Assembly: GCA_963716725.1 (NCBI GenBank)
Contig: CAVQUB010000005.1
Coordinates: 544,001-608,000 of the forward strand
Source: an uncultured delta proteobacterium
Lineage (GTDB): Bacteria; Myxococcota_A; Polyangia; Polyangiales; Polyangiaceae
Direction of reading: 5' to 3'
DNA: 64,000 nucleotides
Positions 62,888 through 64,000 of the stretch are shown one piece after another. Each line of letters begins with the position of its first letter. The stretch's first letter is position 1. A model generated the notes under the pieces. It had not been told where the DNA came from and made no database searches. It saw nothing but the letters and a program-made list of their open reading frames with translations. Position numbers and translations under genes: made by a program.

Positions 62888-64000
62888 ATGAGCTCTTCAC
62901 ACTCAGATCCGAAACGCGGCGCCCGACTTCGACAGGCCCATCGTGAGCAACTCGGCTGGGGGCGCATCGATCTGGACGCGCAGGTACCTCACGACCACCC
63001 CGTGCGTGCCATCGCCGCGGTGATCGACCGCCTGGACCTCTCGAAGCTCTACGCTCGCATCGATGCACGCGACTCGAACCCCGGAGCGCCGGCCATCGAC
63101 CCCAAGCTCTTGCTCAGCCTGTGGGTGTACGCCACCAGCGACGGCGAGAACAGCGCTCGGGAGATCCAGCGCCTGACCGAGCTGCACGCCGCCTATCGGT
63201 GGCTGTGCGGCGGGGTGAGGCTCAACCACCACACGCTCAGCGACTTTCGCAGCCACAACGCCGAGGTGTTCGACGACCTGATCACGCAGGTGCTGGCCTT
63301 GCTCATGAGCCACGACCTGGTGGACCTCATGCGTGTCGCGCAGGACGGCACGCGCGTACGGGCCAGTGCTGGGGCGAGTTCTTTTCGCAAGGGCACCACG
63401 CTGGAGGCTCTGCGCCAGGAGGCTCTTCTCCCATCTGGCCGCGGTCACGGCAGACACCGAGAGCAGCTCACGCCGAGCCGCGGCGCAGAAGCGTGCAGCC
63501 CAGGATCGCCTCGACCGGCTCGACGCGGCGCTCGCGCAGTTGCCCGGGGCCGCGAAGACCAAAAGCAAGAGCGGCGCCAAGGACCCGACCCCTCGAGTGT
63601 CGACGACCGATCCGCAGGCACGGGTGATGAAAATGGGCGACGGAGGATTCCGGCCCGCCCACAACGTGCAGCTCGCCACGACCGCCGACGACGCGCGGGT
63701 CATCGTCGGTGTCGCCGGCACCCACCGCGGCAGCGACATGGCCGAATCGACTCCGATGCTCGAGCAGATCGAGAAGCGGACTGGCGTCCGGCCACGAGAG
63801 CTCCTCGTCGATGGGGGATACGCGAAGCATGAAGCCATCGACGAAGCAGCCGCGCGCAACGTCACCGTCTACGCTCCGCTGCCCAAGCCCCGCAACGACG
63901 ACGGCTCTGACCCTCATCGGCCGAGGGATACCGACAGCTCAGCCGTTGCCGCCTGGAGACACCGCATGGCCACCGACGAGGCCAAGCAGATCTACCGGCA
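62888..64000 (+). mobile_element. IS1182-family transposase, frameshift near 63430, runs off the right edge
   Basis: DHPVRAI...G.PAIDPKLLLSLWVYA...SAREI...AYRWLCG...HHTLSDFR; QDGTRVRASA; after the shift STTDPQARVMK, HNVQLAT, LVDGGY. Confidence 0.9.

Noticed and set aside
63420..63440. Programmed frameshift in the IS1182 transposase
   Set aside because: No slippery A-run motif, this family normally uses one ORF, and indels are frequent in this assembly

Overview
High-GC chromosomal window from a myxobacterium, probably Polyangiales-like (inferred from MYXO-CTERM proteins, Gly-rich lipoproteins, an FHA-sigma54 activator and TraB-like OmpA/TSP3 proteins). Left to right: three GT-C-fold membrane glycosyltransferase-like genes; a vWA lipoprotein; a pyrimidine/beta-alanine catabolic cluster (NCS1, M20 hydrolase, ureidopropionase-like nitrilase, mmsA, class III aminotransferase) interrupted by toxin-antitoxin (TA) modules; mpl and metF separated by a ~3.8 kb integrase-less island flanked by a ~290 bp direct repeat; a candidate envelope signalling locus (TraB-like + Asp-rich MYXO-CTERM adhesin, FHA-sigma54 activator, second TraB-like, adenylate cyclase, LysM-FecR protein, Ser/Thr kinase); a DUF481 barrel; an L,D-transpeptidase homologue lacking catalytic residues; a heavily frameshifted cytochrome c-narGHJI operon resembling the Nitrobacter-NXR/Geobacter-Nar clade; a RegB-like kinase with a REC-GAF-BTAD regulator; an HNH protein with a RuvA-C-like tail bracketed by two inverted copies of a hairpin element, one carrying a 27-bp tandem array; and a partial IS1182-family transposase. 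No rRNA, tRNA or CRISPR array was seen. All family calls come from motif recognition by eye, not database searches.
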